Source: Candidatus Aldehydirespirator sp.
GTDB lineage: Bacteria; Actinomycetota; Acidimicrobiia; Acidimicrobiales; Aldehydirespiratoraceae
NCBI GenBank assembly: GCA_965220345.1
Contig: OZ244822.1
Coordinates: 2,059,935 to 2,123,934, forward strand
Direction of reading: 5' to 3'
Length of the DNA: 64,000 nt
A program made the position numbers and the translations under genes. A model generated the notes under the pieces. It saw only the letters and a program-made list of their open reading frames with translations. It did not search any database and was not told the origin of the DNA. Of the stretch, positions 35,797-45,296 are shown piece after piece (position 1 is the stretch's first letter; each line of letters begins with the position of its first letter).

Positions 35797-38223
35797 CTAG
35801 GGAAGCACTAGTGCTGCTAGACGATCCAAGCTCTGCAAGTCGTTGACATGCAGACGGGCCTTTGTTGAGCCGTTGAATGATCCCCCGCTTTTGTGACCGA
35901 GAGTCCAAAGTTCATCGCCGATCACAATGCTGCGTGAGATCTTATTTGGTTCCTCGCTAGGCCAGCAAATCGAGATGTTCTCATCGCCGCGCAATAGTCC
36001 CAGCTCTAAGCCCTCTTGGTCGAGCCATGACTCGGGGTAGCACTCAAAGCCGGTCATGCCTTCATCGCCGTCGCCACAGGCGAGGACCACTCTGTAGTCG
36101 TCGCTGACCAGGTACTCGAGTTCGGTGCTAAATGTGTTGTGATCGTTTGAGCGCAGATCAGATCCAGTGATCCGACGACAGTCGGTTTGTCCAGGCACCT
36201 CGCCGGGCACTTCGTGATCTATACGACCCACTTCGGTGATCGTTGCGTCATCAACTCGCAGCACCACTGCGCCAGCCCAGTGATCGTCAAAGCGATCGCC
36301 GTAAATCGTGACTGGCAGCACCGCTAGTTGTTCGGGTGCCCACCATAGAAAAGCTCGATGATCCCAACCGATATCATTCCAACCGTCGGGAGCGCTCCAT
36401 ACCGCTACTTCTGCGGGCGCTGACAGGTCGCTGACATCAAAAAGCGAGACTTTGGCACCAGTAATGCGGCCAGTGGCGGGGTCGGCATCTGAACCGACTC
36501 CGAGAACCAGCGTGTCTGAAATAGGATGCAGATAGCTGGAAAAGCCCGGGATCTTCAATTCGCCCAGGATTTGAGGGTTAGTCGGGTCAGAAAGGTCAAT
36601 GGTGTAAAAGGGATCAATCTGGCGGAAAGTCACCACATAGCCGATATCGCCAACGAAACGCACTGACTGCACGTTCTCGCCTCGACCGATGTCGCCGACG
36701 CTGCTGATCTCACGAAGTTGTGAGCCGCTGGTGTCAAGCACACGCACTTGGCTTTCGGAGCGCTCACCCCAGAAATCACCTGTCGTGGTAACGATCCGCA
36801 GATAGCCGTCATGTTCTGACAGCGAGAACTGGTTGTGTATCACTCCTTGCACTTCGCCGGAGGACTCATATGAGGCTGCGCCGCCGGTGATATCGAAACG
36901 ATGAACGGTGGTTCGCTGCTGCCAAAAATCCTCATCGCTTTCATCATTGTCGTCTGCTATGGCCTCGGAGATGACATCAGAGGCATCCGCTAAAATGCTG
37001 GTCACGCTCGTATCAGTGTCGTCTGCTGTGACGACATCAGGGTCTTCCCAGCGATTGGTAGCCACATACAGAGACGAGGTGGATGCATAAACAATGCTGC
37101 TGGCTGCTGTGACAGCGGTTGATCGTGTCGGGTCGATCGGTTCTCCGACGGGCACGCTTACTACAGAGGTCACACCGAAACCAGAGAACACTGTCGGGGC
37201 GTGTACCGCTGAGCAAGGCAGCAGCAAAGAGCCTTGCGAAGGGTCACCGTTGGCATTGGTGGTGTAATGCGGCAGCCAGTCGTCGAGGGTGGTTGCCAGG
37301 ATCGCTGCGCGGTTGGCGGCGGCGGCGGTTTCGCGTCCACTTTCGTTTTGGGGGTAGACGAAAGGGAAGTACCAGTGCGGGTCATAGCGCAGCACCACCT
37401 GAGCAGTGCCGCCAACGCTGCGGGCGCTGATGTAGCTGCCCTGAATTGTGAGAGTTTCAACGATTTCAGGGTTTCCATTGCTTACATCAATCTGCTGTAG
37501 CACTGTTTGCGGGCCGCCGTTGCCTTGATTGCTCCGCTCGGCATGGTTCTGAGCGATTAACAGCAGCGAGTCGCCGTTGACAAAAAGCTCATAGTTCCAG
37601 CCGTCAGCCACCCGCACTTTGCCGATTTTGGCTCGGTCGGCCACGTCCACCACCACCAAACGACCAGAAGCCAGCGTGAAAATACGGCTTCCGTCGGTTT
37701 TGACAATGTCAGCTTCGTCGACTCCTGCTTCTTGCACGTTAGTGCCCGAAAAGTCGGTGCCTTCACCTGTCACGCCAACACTAGACGGAGCGCTCATGCT
37801 GGCATCGCTGTCGCTAGCAACCGTCTCAACGGAATCGTCGGCTGACTCTGCTTGTGCTATGCCGACCATGGGTCCCTCGTTGTCGAGTCCCCAAGGGCCG
37901 ACTCTTGCCGAGTATTCGTCGTGCAGGTAGTCGAGCAGAGAGTTGCAGTCACCGAAGGCGACTAGCCGTGAGGTTAAGGTCACGTCATCAGGATCAAGTT
38001 GGATCACCGTGTCGCTATTGCTGCTGTTGTTGTTTGTGCTTGTGCTTTTGCTAGCGGTGCCGTTGTTGCTTGGACTGCTGGTTCCTGGACTTACTGTGCC
38101 AGTGGCATCTGGCTGGTTTGAGCCCGAGACACCGGGCACACCAGGAGGACTGCCCGAACATGCAGCAGCAAGCACTAGCAGAGCCATGACCGGGACTGCG
38201 GAGAGCCGCACGGCTTGCTTCAT
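35797..38223 (-). CDS. Secreted lipoprotein with beta-propeller domain (COG4880/PF09826-like)
   Basis: MKQAVRLSAVPVMALLVLAAAC lipobox from ATG 38223. TNVQEAGVDEADIVKTDGSRIF and later propeller repeats. S/N/T-rich linker after the Cys. Confidence 0.8.
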   Translation of the reverse strand: MKQAVRLSAVPVMALLVLAAACSGSPPGVPGVSGSNQPDATGTVSPGTSSPSNNGTASKSTSTNNNSSNSDTVIQLDPDDVTLTSRLVAFGDCNSLLDYLHDEYSARVGPWGLDNEGPMVGIAQAESADDSVETVASDSDASMSAPSSVGVTGEGTDFSGTNVQEAGVDEADIVKTDGSRIFTLASGRLVVVDVADRAKIGKVRVADGWNYELFVNGDSLLLIAQNHAERSNQGNGGPQTVLQQIDVSNGNPEIVETLTIQGSYISARSVGGTAQVVLRYDPHWYFPFVYPQNESGRETAAAANRAAILATTLDDWLPHYTTNANGDPSQGSLLLPCSAVHAPTVFSGFGVTSVVSVPVGEPIDPTRSTAVTAASSIVYASTSSLYVATNRWEDPDVVTADDTDTSVTSILADASDVISEAIADDNDESDEDFWQQRTTVHRFDITGGAASYESSGEVQGVIHNQFSLSEHDGYLRIVTTTGDFWGERSESQVRVLDTSGSQLREISSVGDIGRGENVQSVRFVGDIGYVVTFRQIDPFYTIDLSDPTNPQILGELKIPGFSSYLHPISDTLVLGVGSDADPATGRITGAKVSLFDVSDLSAPAEVAVWSAPDGWNDIGWDHRAFLWWAPEQLAVLPVTIYGDRFDDHWAGAVVLRVDDATITEVGRIDHEVPGEVPGQTDCRRITGSDLRSNDHNTFSTELEYLVSDDYRVVLACGDGDEGMTGFECYPESWLDQEGLELGLLRGDENISICWPSEEPNKISRSIVIGDELWTLGHKSGGSFNGSTKARLHVNDLQSLDRLAALVLP

Positions 38224-38387
38224 TACTGGCACCACTTTATTAGACATATAAAAGCGTGATATAACTGTATTTACCATAACCGAGCCTTTCACAGCGATCC
38301 TGTTACATCGATACGTTCAATGTGTGAGACGAATCGGCTGCTAAGCCAGTTCCCGAAGTTACGAAATTTTCGGTGCAGAGATCGTAT

Positions 38388-38399
38388 GGGGGGGGGGGG
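38388..38399. repeat. Homopolymer G12 (C12 on the coding strand of the flanking genes)
   Basis: Counted directly. It sits 1 nt from the leuD stop codon (38401-38403) and 165 nt upstream of lipoprotein ATG 38223. Confidence 0.95.
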
Positions 38400-38400
38400 C

Positions 38401-38994
38401 TCAGCTGGCTGCTGGCAGCCACGGCAGGCGCTGGCTCTCGTAGGCGCTAATGGTTTGAGTGTGGCGCAGTGTCACGCTGATGTCGTCAAGTCCTTCGATC
38501 AGGCGCTGCCGGGTTGCGGCTTCAAGCGGGAACGTTGCCTCAAAGCCGATAGCTGGCGCTTCGACTGTGCATCTTGTGACATCAACAGTGATCTCTAGGT
38601 CGGGATCGGCTTGCACGGCAGCCATCAACTCGGCGGCAGCTTCTGTCGATATCTGAGCAGGAACTAAGCCGTTCTTGGTGCAGTTGTTTCGGAAAATATC
38701 AGCAAAACGAGGGCTAATCACAGCATCGAAGCCGTATTGCTGCAAAGCCCACACCGCGTGCTCACGCGATGATCCAGTACCGAAATTGGTACCAGCCAAC
38801 AAGATTGTGGCAGCTGCGTAGCGCTCGTCGTTGAGCACGAAATCTCGGCTGTCTCGCCACTCCGAAAAAAGCCCTTTCTCGAAGCCGGTGCGTGACACTT
38901 GTTTGAGCCAATCAGACGGGATGATCTGGTCGGTGTCCACGTCACTTCGATCCAAAGGCACTGCTGTGCCGCTTACCACAGACACGGCTTTCAT
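38401..38994 (-). CDS. leuD: 3-isopropylmalate dehydratase small subunit
   Basis: MKAVSVVSGTAVPLDRSDVDTDQIIP...; start taken at ATG 38994. Confidence 0.9.
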   Translation of the reverse strand: MKAVSVVSGTAVPLDRSDVDTDQIIPSDWLKQVSRTGFEKGLFSEWRDSRDFVLNDERYAAATILLAGTNFGTGSSREHAVWALQQYGFDAVISPRFADIFRNNCTKNGLVPAQISTEAAAELMAAVQADPDLEITVDVTRCTVEAPAIGFEATFPLEAATRQRLIEGLDDISVTLRHTQTISAYESQRLPWLPAAS

Positions 38995-39037
38995 GCGGGT
39001 TGCCTCAAGTTTGAGATGGGCTGGATCAGCGTGTTCA

Positions 39038-40471
39038 TCACAGGTCACCAGCGGTAGCGAAGCGGCCAGTCACAGCAGTAGCTGCTGCGGATGCTGGCGA
39101 TACCAGATGTGTGCGCCCGCCGCGACCTTGACGGCCTTCAAAGTTGCGGTTAGAGGTGCTGGCAGCTCGTTCGCCGGGTGTCAACTTGTCGGGGTTCATT
39201 GCTAGACACATGGAACATCCTGGCTCGCGCCAATCGAACCCGGCATCACGCAAGATCCTGTCAAGTCCTTCAGCTTCGGCTTGTGCTTTGACTTGCCGTG
39301 AGCCGGGAACCACAAGCGCGCAGACGTTGCTGGCAACGTGTCTGCCTTGCGCTATCGCAGCAGCAACCCGAAGGTCTTCAATGCGGCTGTTGGTGCAAGA
39401 CCCGATGAACACAGTGTCAACAGCAATGTCGCGCATGGCGGTGTTGGCTTTTAGGCCCATGTAGTCAAGGGCTCGAGTGGCGGCTTCGCGCTTGTGAGGA
39501 TCATCGAAGCTGTCAGGGTGCGGCACCGAACCGTTAATTGGCACCGACTGGGCAGGGTTGGTACCCCAAGTGATCATCGGCGACATCTCAGCAGCATCAA
39601 GGATGACCTCGCTGTCGAATCTGGCATCAGGGTCGCTGCACAAGCCGCGCCAGTCGTCAACAGCGTGTTGCCATAAGTCTCCCGCTGGTGCATGTTCACG
39701 ACCCGACAAGTATTGGAAAGTGGTTTCGTCGGGGGCGATCAGCCCAGCTTTGGCACCTGCCTCTATCGACATGTTGCACACCGTCATGCGACCTTCCATC
39801 GTGAGATCCGCAATGGCAGCACCGCGGTATTCGATGATGCTGCCAACACCGCCGGTGGTGCCGATATGTTCAATGATTGCCAAGATCAGGTCTTTGGCGC
39901 TGCATTCGGTTGACAGCGTGCCGTTCACGGTGACGGCCATAGTGCCGGGCCGCATCTGAGGCAGAGTCTGAGTGGCTAGCACATGCTCTACTTCGCTGGT
40001 ACCGATCCCGAAAGCGATTGCGCCGAAAGCGCCGTGGGTGGAGGTGTGAGAATCGCCGCACACGATGGTCATGCCCGGCTGAGTCAAGCCTTGCTCCGGC
40101 CCGATCACATGCACGATGCCCTGTTTGGGGTGACCCATTGGAAAGTTGGTGATACCGAAGGATTCTGCGTTGCGGCGCAGAGTCTCGATCTGGTTGCGGC
40201 TAGTGGTGTCGGCTATGGGCTTATCGGTGTCGGCTGTGGGGACGTTGTGATCTTCTGTAGCGATAGTCAGATCAGGGCGGCGAACTTGACGTCCGGTCAG
40301 TTCGAGACCCGCGAAAGCTTGAGGTGAGGTGACTTCGTGGATCAGGTGAAGGTCGATATAAAGCAGGTCGGGCTCGCCGTCGGCACCATGTGCCACGATG
40401 TGGCGATCCCAAATCTTTTCGCTAAGAGTCCGTGGCCTATCCACAACGCTTGAGCCTAGAGGCAACGCCAA
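39038..40471 (-). CDS. leuC: 3-isopropylmalate dehydratase large subunit
   Basis: [12 protein letters not shown] and [15 protein letters not shown] aconitase-family motifs. Start TTG 40471 or GTG 40444. Confidence 0.92.
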   Translation of the reverse strand: MALPLGSSVVDRPRTLSEKIWDRHIVAHGADGEPDLLYIDLHLIHEVTSPQAFAGLELTGRQVRRPDLTIATEDHNVPTADTDKPIADTTSRNQIETLRRNAESFGITNFPMGHPKQGIVHVIGPEQGLTQPGMTIVCGDSHTSTHGAFGAIAFGIGTSEVEHVLATQTLPQMRPGTMAVTVNGTLSTECSAKDLILAIIEHIGTTGGVGSIIEYRGAAIADLTMEGRMTVCNMSIEAGAKAGLIAPDETTFQYLSGREHAPAGDLWQHAVDDWRGLCSDPDARFDSEVILDAAEMSPMITWGTNPAQSVPINGSVPHPDSFDDPHKREAATRALDYMGLKANTAMRDIAVDTVFIGSCTNSRIEDLRVAAAIAQGRHVASNVCALVVPGSRQVKAQAEAEGLDRILRDAGFDWREPGCSMCLAMNPDKLTPGERAASTSNRNFEGRQGRGGRTHLVSPASAAATAVTGRFATAGDL

Positions 40472-40702
40472 ATCAATAGCGCGATTCGTTCACGCACGTC
40501 CGCTTTGTGTCTTGGGGTTTGCTGCTGACTGCTGCTAGCAGATTGCGATAGGTAGATTATTCAATTAGCATGAAATATAATTTCAATGTAGGCATGATAT
40601 TCTAAAAGAACAAAACTTAAGACGATGTGAAGCAAAGGCTAAGATCTTGGACAGTCCACGATCAAGCAAAATAGAGCCAAAGCAAATAGAGAGGAAGCAG
40701 AG

Positions 40703-41101
40703 ATGGGAACCTTTAGTTGCCCGCTGAAGCTGAGCAGCATGAACGGCGACAAGAGCGTTGAAGTGGATGCTCTTGTGGACACGGGTGCCTTCTACACGCA
40801 GGCACCTAGTGCTCTACTTGAGGAGCTAGGCGTGGAGCGGGCTGGGAGCATAGAGATTCAGTTCGCAGACGGAAGGGTCGTGCGGCAAGACACCGGTAAT
40901 GTCTGGGCTTCCATCAACGGACAGAACAGCGAGCACGCGAGAGGCGTACCGACAGTAGTGATGTTCGGCGAAGATGACTCGCTAGTGCTGCTCGGTGCTT
41001 ACACACTCGAGGGCTTGCATCTTGCAGTCGATCCTGTTCACCAGCGCTTTCTACCAGTCAAGTTGCATCCGGCCTGCCCGTCGGTGAGTTGTGCTGCTTA
41101 G
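40703..41101 (+). CDS. Retropepsin-like (clan AA) aspartic protease, stand-alone 132 aa
   Basis: VDALVDTGAFYT (D-T-G active-site motif) and a later LLGAYTLEGL flap/dimer-type segment. GAGAGGAAG RBS upstream. Confidence 0.65.
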   Translation: MGTFSCPLKLSSMNGDKSVEVDALVDTGAFYTQAPSALLEELGVERAGSIEIQFADGRVVRQDTGNVWASINGQNSEHARGVPTVVMFGEDDSLVLLGAYTLEGLHLAVDPVHQRFLPVKLHPACPSVSCAA

Positions 41102-41123
41102 AAGCCGAGCGAATAGCTAGCTG

Positions 41124-42476
41124 TCAGTGGCTGGCGATCCAGTTGGCTAGTGCCTGCAGTTGGTCAGCTATCTCTTTAGCGTCACCTGACAGATCTAACG
41201 CATAGGTGTGCAGCAGCTTCCTGGCGTGCTTCACTCGCACAGGCTGAGCGCCTAGACCTACTCGGGTTTTGTTGCCTAGTGCTTCGGAGTTGGCATCAAG
41301 GCAGTAGATCAACAGGCCTTCAGTCACGTCAAGCGCAGTGGTGTAGGCCAGTAGTTGATAGAGATCAGCATGTGTGCCGGTGCTGTTGTCATCAGCGAGT
41401 TTGTATTTGATGTCAGCCACGAACCGTGGCTTGCCAGCCGTCTGGAACACAAGGTCGGGTCGGATCTTGACAGCCCCGTATGTGTCAAGGCGATCTACAT
41501 GCTGGCTCTTAACCTCTAGTCGCCCTCGCAAGGCTCGTGTGAGGCGTTCGGTAACGAAACGCTCAAACAACTCGTTCATGTCCAGCATGAAAGCTGTGGA
41601 CTGCGTGTCGCCGATGTCGTCTTGCAGAGTCAAGTTCGCAAGGATCAGTCGAGCTAAGTTCAGTGCTGGCTTGTAGTGCTCGTTAAGCCGGGTAAAGGTG
41701 ATCTGGTCATGGTCGCTGTGATGATGACGCTGCTCGGCAGCCTCTTCAAGGGTGACAAGGTGTTGCATGAGCCGATGCCGGTCAATTGGCTGCACACCAG
41801 GCACCTTCAGCGAGCGTGACACGGCAGCTTTCAGATACGAGTTCTCGATCACGTCAGCGGTGAACTCGGTGAACCGACAGGCCGTTGGGATGACCATGCC
41901 GGGCTGGGTGAACTGTCGGGCAATGTCGACACGACCCCGCAAAGCGATCAACCGGTCACGCTGCTCACGGTAAGAGTGGTAAAGGCCGCGAGCCAGGCAG
42001 GTTTCGGTAGTGCGAGCGAACCATGAAATCATCGCGGGCAAAAGGTCGGCGGTTGTTTCGTAGTTGACCGCTTCGTGATGCCAGTCCTGCTCGCGCAAAC
42101 CCACCTCTAACAGCAGAAACAGGTTTTGTAGCGGGATCTTGGGCTTTACTAGCACCTGCAGGCCAGCCGCATTGACCGAACCGACATAGTTGCGTGCAGA
42201 AACTTGCCAGTGTCCCGATTGTTCGCTTGGTGCCACCGACAGGTAACGACCATTGCCGAGTAGGTTCAGTTTGCTGGCCTGCTCCTCGCTCAGTTTCAGC
42301 TCTTGTCTGGTGTACTCGTTGAGTTGGATGGCTTTGTTTGGTTGGCTTGAGTGCTCGTCGGGATCGTCAGCATTGCTGAGAGTGTCGGTTATAGAGCGGC
42401 TCACGTCTGAGTGGCTACCTAGATCTTCGGCAGGAGTGGGGATGGCGGACTCAGCCTCCTGCAACACTGCGGTCAT
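41124..42476 (-). CDS. mcrC: McrC-like nuclease subunit of a McrBC-type restriction system
   Basis: 450 aa. C-terminal PD-(D/E)xK: IRPDLVF...RFVADIKYK. ATGA overlap with the upstream mcrB-like gene. Confidence 0.75.
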   Translation of the reverse strand: MTAVLQEAESAIPTPAEDLGSHSDVSRSITDTLSNADDPDEHSSQPNKAIQLNEYTRQELKLSEEQASKLNLLGNGRYLSVAPSEQSGHWQVSARNYVGSVNAAGLQVLVKPKIPLQNLFLLLEVGLREQDWHHEAVNYETTADLLPAMISWFARTTETCLARGLYHSYREQRDRLIALRGRVDIARQFTQPGMVIPTACRFTEFTADVIENSYLKAAVSRSLKVPGVQPIDRHRLMQHLVTLEEAAEQRHHHSDHDQITFTRLNEHYKPALNLARLILANLTLQDDIGDTQSTAFMLDMNELFERFVTERLTRALRGRLEVKSQHVDRLDTYGAVKIRPDLVFQTAGKPRFVADIKYKLADDNSTGTHADLYQLLAYTTALDVTEGLLIYCLDANSEALGNKTRVGLGAQPVRVKHARKLLHTYALDLSGDAKEIADQLQALANWIASH

Positions 42477-44128
42477 GTCCCGTTGCCTGTCGGCTCAGCA
42501 CCTCCAGTTGCTGGGCTACCGTCGACCGTTTGGTCTTCATCGTCATGGCTGTCAGTTGAGTCACTGCGGCTTTCGCTGGCCTCACCGTCGTTGCTGCTCG
42601 CTCCGTTGGCTTGGTCTTCATTGCTCGCAACGTTCACAGCCCCTGTGCCACCTGCTTTAAGCCCGTGACGCTTGATGACGGCATCAAACTCGAAGCTTGC
42701 GATCTGCTCGGGGTCGCCAAAGAACTGATCCTCAATGAACGGCTCAATGTTGTACGCCCAAATGCGACGCAACTGCTCTTCATGCGAGTCTGGCGATGAG
42801 CCGTATTTCTTCATGAAATGGCTCGGCCCCAACAAGAGATGCGAGCCTTCAAGAACCTTCTTGAGTTCTTCATTGACCGCCGAGACAAGGCGGCCAATCC
42901 ACTCGGGCTCGCCTTCACGCTCAAGCCATCGGTCAAGCAGTCCTTTCATTGGCCCATCATCAGGGAAGAACGGCACAAAATGAAAGCGCCGTCGCAGGGC
43001 AGCGTCCACTAGCGCAATTGAGCGGTCGGCGGTATTCATGGTGCCGATGAACCAGAGATTCTCAGGCAGCGAAAACCTTTGATCTGGCCGGTAGAGAGTC
43101 TGCATGCTTTCGTCGCGGTACTCAAGCAAGAACAGCAACTCTCCTAGCACGCGAGGCAGGTTCCCGCGATTGATCTCGTCAATGATCATTACATGCCGTC
43201 TGTCAGGGTTGTCGCCTGCGTGCTCCGCAATACGAGCCAAAGGCCCGGGCATCAACTCGTAAGCGATACCGCCCTCTTTGCTGGTGCCTAAAGGTCGGTA
43301 ACCCTCGAAAAAGTCCTCATAAGAGTAGGATGGATGGAACTGCACAAGAGTTCGACACTCATCATCTGAAGCCAAGTGCTGTGCTAATTTCCGCGCCAGG
43401 TACGTCTTTCCAGTACCCGGAGGCCCGTAGAAGATCACCTGCCCCTTGTCCTTCAGCAAGGCCACAATGTCTTCCAAGAACTCTTCCTCGACAAGCAAAC
43501 TGCTCGCCAGTCCAGTCAGATCCACCCCCACCGAAGTCCCTGAGGGGCCTGGGTCTTTGCCTGTGATCATCATTTGGAAGAAGCGCTGTGCGTGCCCCTC
43601 GGTCTTTATTTGTGTGACAGTTCTGCGAGGGGGCAGCGATTTCCGCAAATCTAGAGATGGGAGAATATCCCGATGTTTCCAGTCGACCGAAATGGTGTGT
43701 CGCCGATGAGCATCATGGCGGTAATAGTAGGGCTTAGTTACTTCTCCAATGGCGAAGTGTGAGCCGCTTGCTTGTGGCATTACTACAAGATCACCTTGGC
43801 GGACTTTTGATTGGAAGGCCCAGAGTTGACCTGCTCGGTTGCCGACTGTGCCCTTGCTGGCATCTGGATCATCTTCTCTGATCAGTTCAGCGATCTCGTC
43901 TCGGCTTGAGACTTGCGACAGATCGGGAAGGTGACCGAAGCCGAGCGCTGCGATACCTTCAGTAATGAACGACTCCGCCGACTCGCCCTTCCCGCCAGCC
44001 CGAATGAGCCAAGCAGCGGGTGGGCTGGCCTGATCTTGACTCTCAGACCGCTCAGCTACGCTGTTTGGCTGCTCAGCGCCTGATAGAGGTTGGTTTAGGC
44101 TGTCGTCGCTGTGGTCGGTTTGGGTCAT
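42473..44128 (-). CDS. mcrB: McrB-like AAA+ GTPase with non-canonical N-terminal domain and acidic C-terminal tail
   Basis: FYGPPGTGKT, VQFHPSYSYEDFFEGYRP, MIIDEINRGN, FIGTMNTADRSIALVDAALRRRF. Start taken at ATG 44128; the ORF track reaches 44224. Confidence 0.8.
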   Translation of the reverse strand: MTQTDHSDDSLNQPLSGAEQPNSVAERSESQDQASPPAAWLIRAGGKGESAESFITEGIAALGFGHLPDLSQVSSRDEIAELIREDDPDASKGTVGNRAGQLWAFQSKVRQGDLVVMPQASGSHFAIGEVTKPYYYRHDAHRRHTISVDWKHRDILPSLDLRKSLPPRRTVTQIKTEGHAQRFFQMMITGKDPGPSGTSVGVDLTGLASSLLVEEEFLEDIVALLKDKGQVIFYGPPGTGKTYLARKLAQHLASDDECRTLVQFHPSYSYEDFFEGYRPLGTSKEGGIAYELMPGPLARIAEHAGDNPDRRHVMIIDEINRGNLPRVLGELLFLLEYRDESMQTLYRPDQRFSLPENLWFIGTMNTADRSIALVDAALRRRFHFVPFFPDDGPMKGLLDRWLEREGEPEWIGRLVSAVNEELKKVLEGSHLLLGPSHFMKKYGSSPDSHEEQLRRIWAYNIEPFIEDQFFGDPEQIASFEFDAVIKRHGLKAGGTGAVNVASNEDQANGASSNDGEASESRSDSTDSHDDEDQTVDGSPATGGAEPTGNGT

Positions 44129-44288
44129 GGCGCTCTTTCTCGGTTGGGCGGTGGAGTCCACCGTAGATGCCGGAATCGAAAGCCGCATCTTCGCAGAGTT
44201 TGCTGTTGATGTGCCAATGCGCAATCCCAGCCTGCTAGCGGCGCAGACAGCACTTGATTGGTCAAATTAAAATGACTACAGTGAGGCG

Positions 44289-44606
44289 ATGGCAACACCT
44301 TCAAATGCTCAATCAGGCGAGCGCATCGTTCCAGCTGGAGAATTCAAGACCAACTGTCTGCGGTTGATGGACGAAGTGCAAGAGACTGGTGCAGAAATTG
44401 TGGTCACCAAGCACCGCCGACCCGTGGTGAGGGTCAGCCCGTTTCGTGAGGAACAGCCCAAGTTTGTGGGTTCGTGCAAGGGACAGCTTCGGATTTTGTC
44501 AGACATTGATGCAGAACAGCCGATCCCGCTAGATGACTGGGATATCGTCGCTCGTTCTGAGCAAGTTATTAACCCCGATGGCGTAAACCTTGCCAGCATC
44601 TTTTGA
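44289..44606 (+). CDS. phd: Phd/YefM-family type II antitoxin
   Basis: IVPAGEFKTNCLRLMDEVQETGAEIVVTKHRRPVVRVSP. Its stop overlaps the start of the PIN gene. Confidence 0.75.
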   Translation: MATPSNAQSGERIVPAGEFKTNCLRLMDEVQETGAEIVVTKHRRPVVRVSPFREEQPKFVGSCKGQLRILSDIDAEQPIPLDDWDIVARSEQVINPDGVNLASIF

Positions 44607-45036
44607 CTATTTTGCTAGACACCAACGTCTTGCTGCGACTGCTTACAGACAGTCCAGCAATCCGTGAGAACTTAAAGCAGAGGTTGAGACTCTGTTGGCG
44701 GACGGTGAGGTGGCTGTCTCAGCTGCCACTTTCATGGAAACCACACGCCTTCATCATCACGGACGCATTGACTTGGGCTGCCATCCCTCCAAGTGGCGCC
44801 AACAGCTTTTGCAGTCAGGGTTGAGGGAGGTTCCCATTGATGGACAACTGCTTGTGGAGGCAGTTCTGCTGATGGATTCCGGCTTCCACAAAGACCCGGT
44901 TGATCAAATGATCGTGGCCACTGCAATATTGGCAGGTATGACCTTGGCAACATTTGATAGAGAAATCATTGCTTGGGCAGCGAAAACGCATCTCGTACCC
45001 ATAGCTCAAGTTGTTGATGGCATTGCTGAGGACTGA
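44603..45036 (+). pseudogene. vapC: VapC (PIN-domain) toxin gene with a 1-nt frameshift near 44665-44672
   Basis: Frame 1 reads MTILLDTNVLLRLLTDSPAIRE. Frame 2 continues LKAEVETLLADGEVAVSAATFMET...DPVDQMIVATAILAGMTLATFDREI, which carries the later PIN acidic residues. Confidence 0.7.
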
Positions 45037-45073
45037 CTAGAACCCGTTGCCGCGCGACAACTTCACCAACTGC

Positions 45074-45217
45074 TCACTGGCCGGTGATGACCGGTGGCGA
45101 GGAATCGTCGGTGGAGGCATCCCACACAATCAACGCAGCAGCCGCCCCCAAAAACAAAGCACCAGCCACCAAAGCGATCCGTGCCCATCGCAGCGTGCGA
45201 GGCTCGCCGTTATCCAT
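45074..45217 (-). CDS. Possible 47-aa single-TM protein downstream of greA
   Basis: MDNGEPRTLRWARIALVAGALFLGAAAALIVWD... read by hand. Below the ORF-track cut-off; may be a truncated remnant. Confidence 0.3.
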   Translation of the reverse strand: MDNGEPRTLRWARIALVAGALFLGAAAALIVWDASTDDSSPPVITGQ

Positions 45218-45296
45218 CAAACCGAACCACCTCTGCCAATCACCTCTACCAAATCAACTCTGCTGTTAAGACCTGTTCCAGATGCGTGGCTGTGGC

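Noticed and set aside
38224-38292. ATG 38292 as the lipoprotein start
   Set aside because: It would put the lipobox Cys at residue 45. ATG 38223 gives a standard 22-residue lipoprotein signal peptide.
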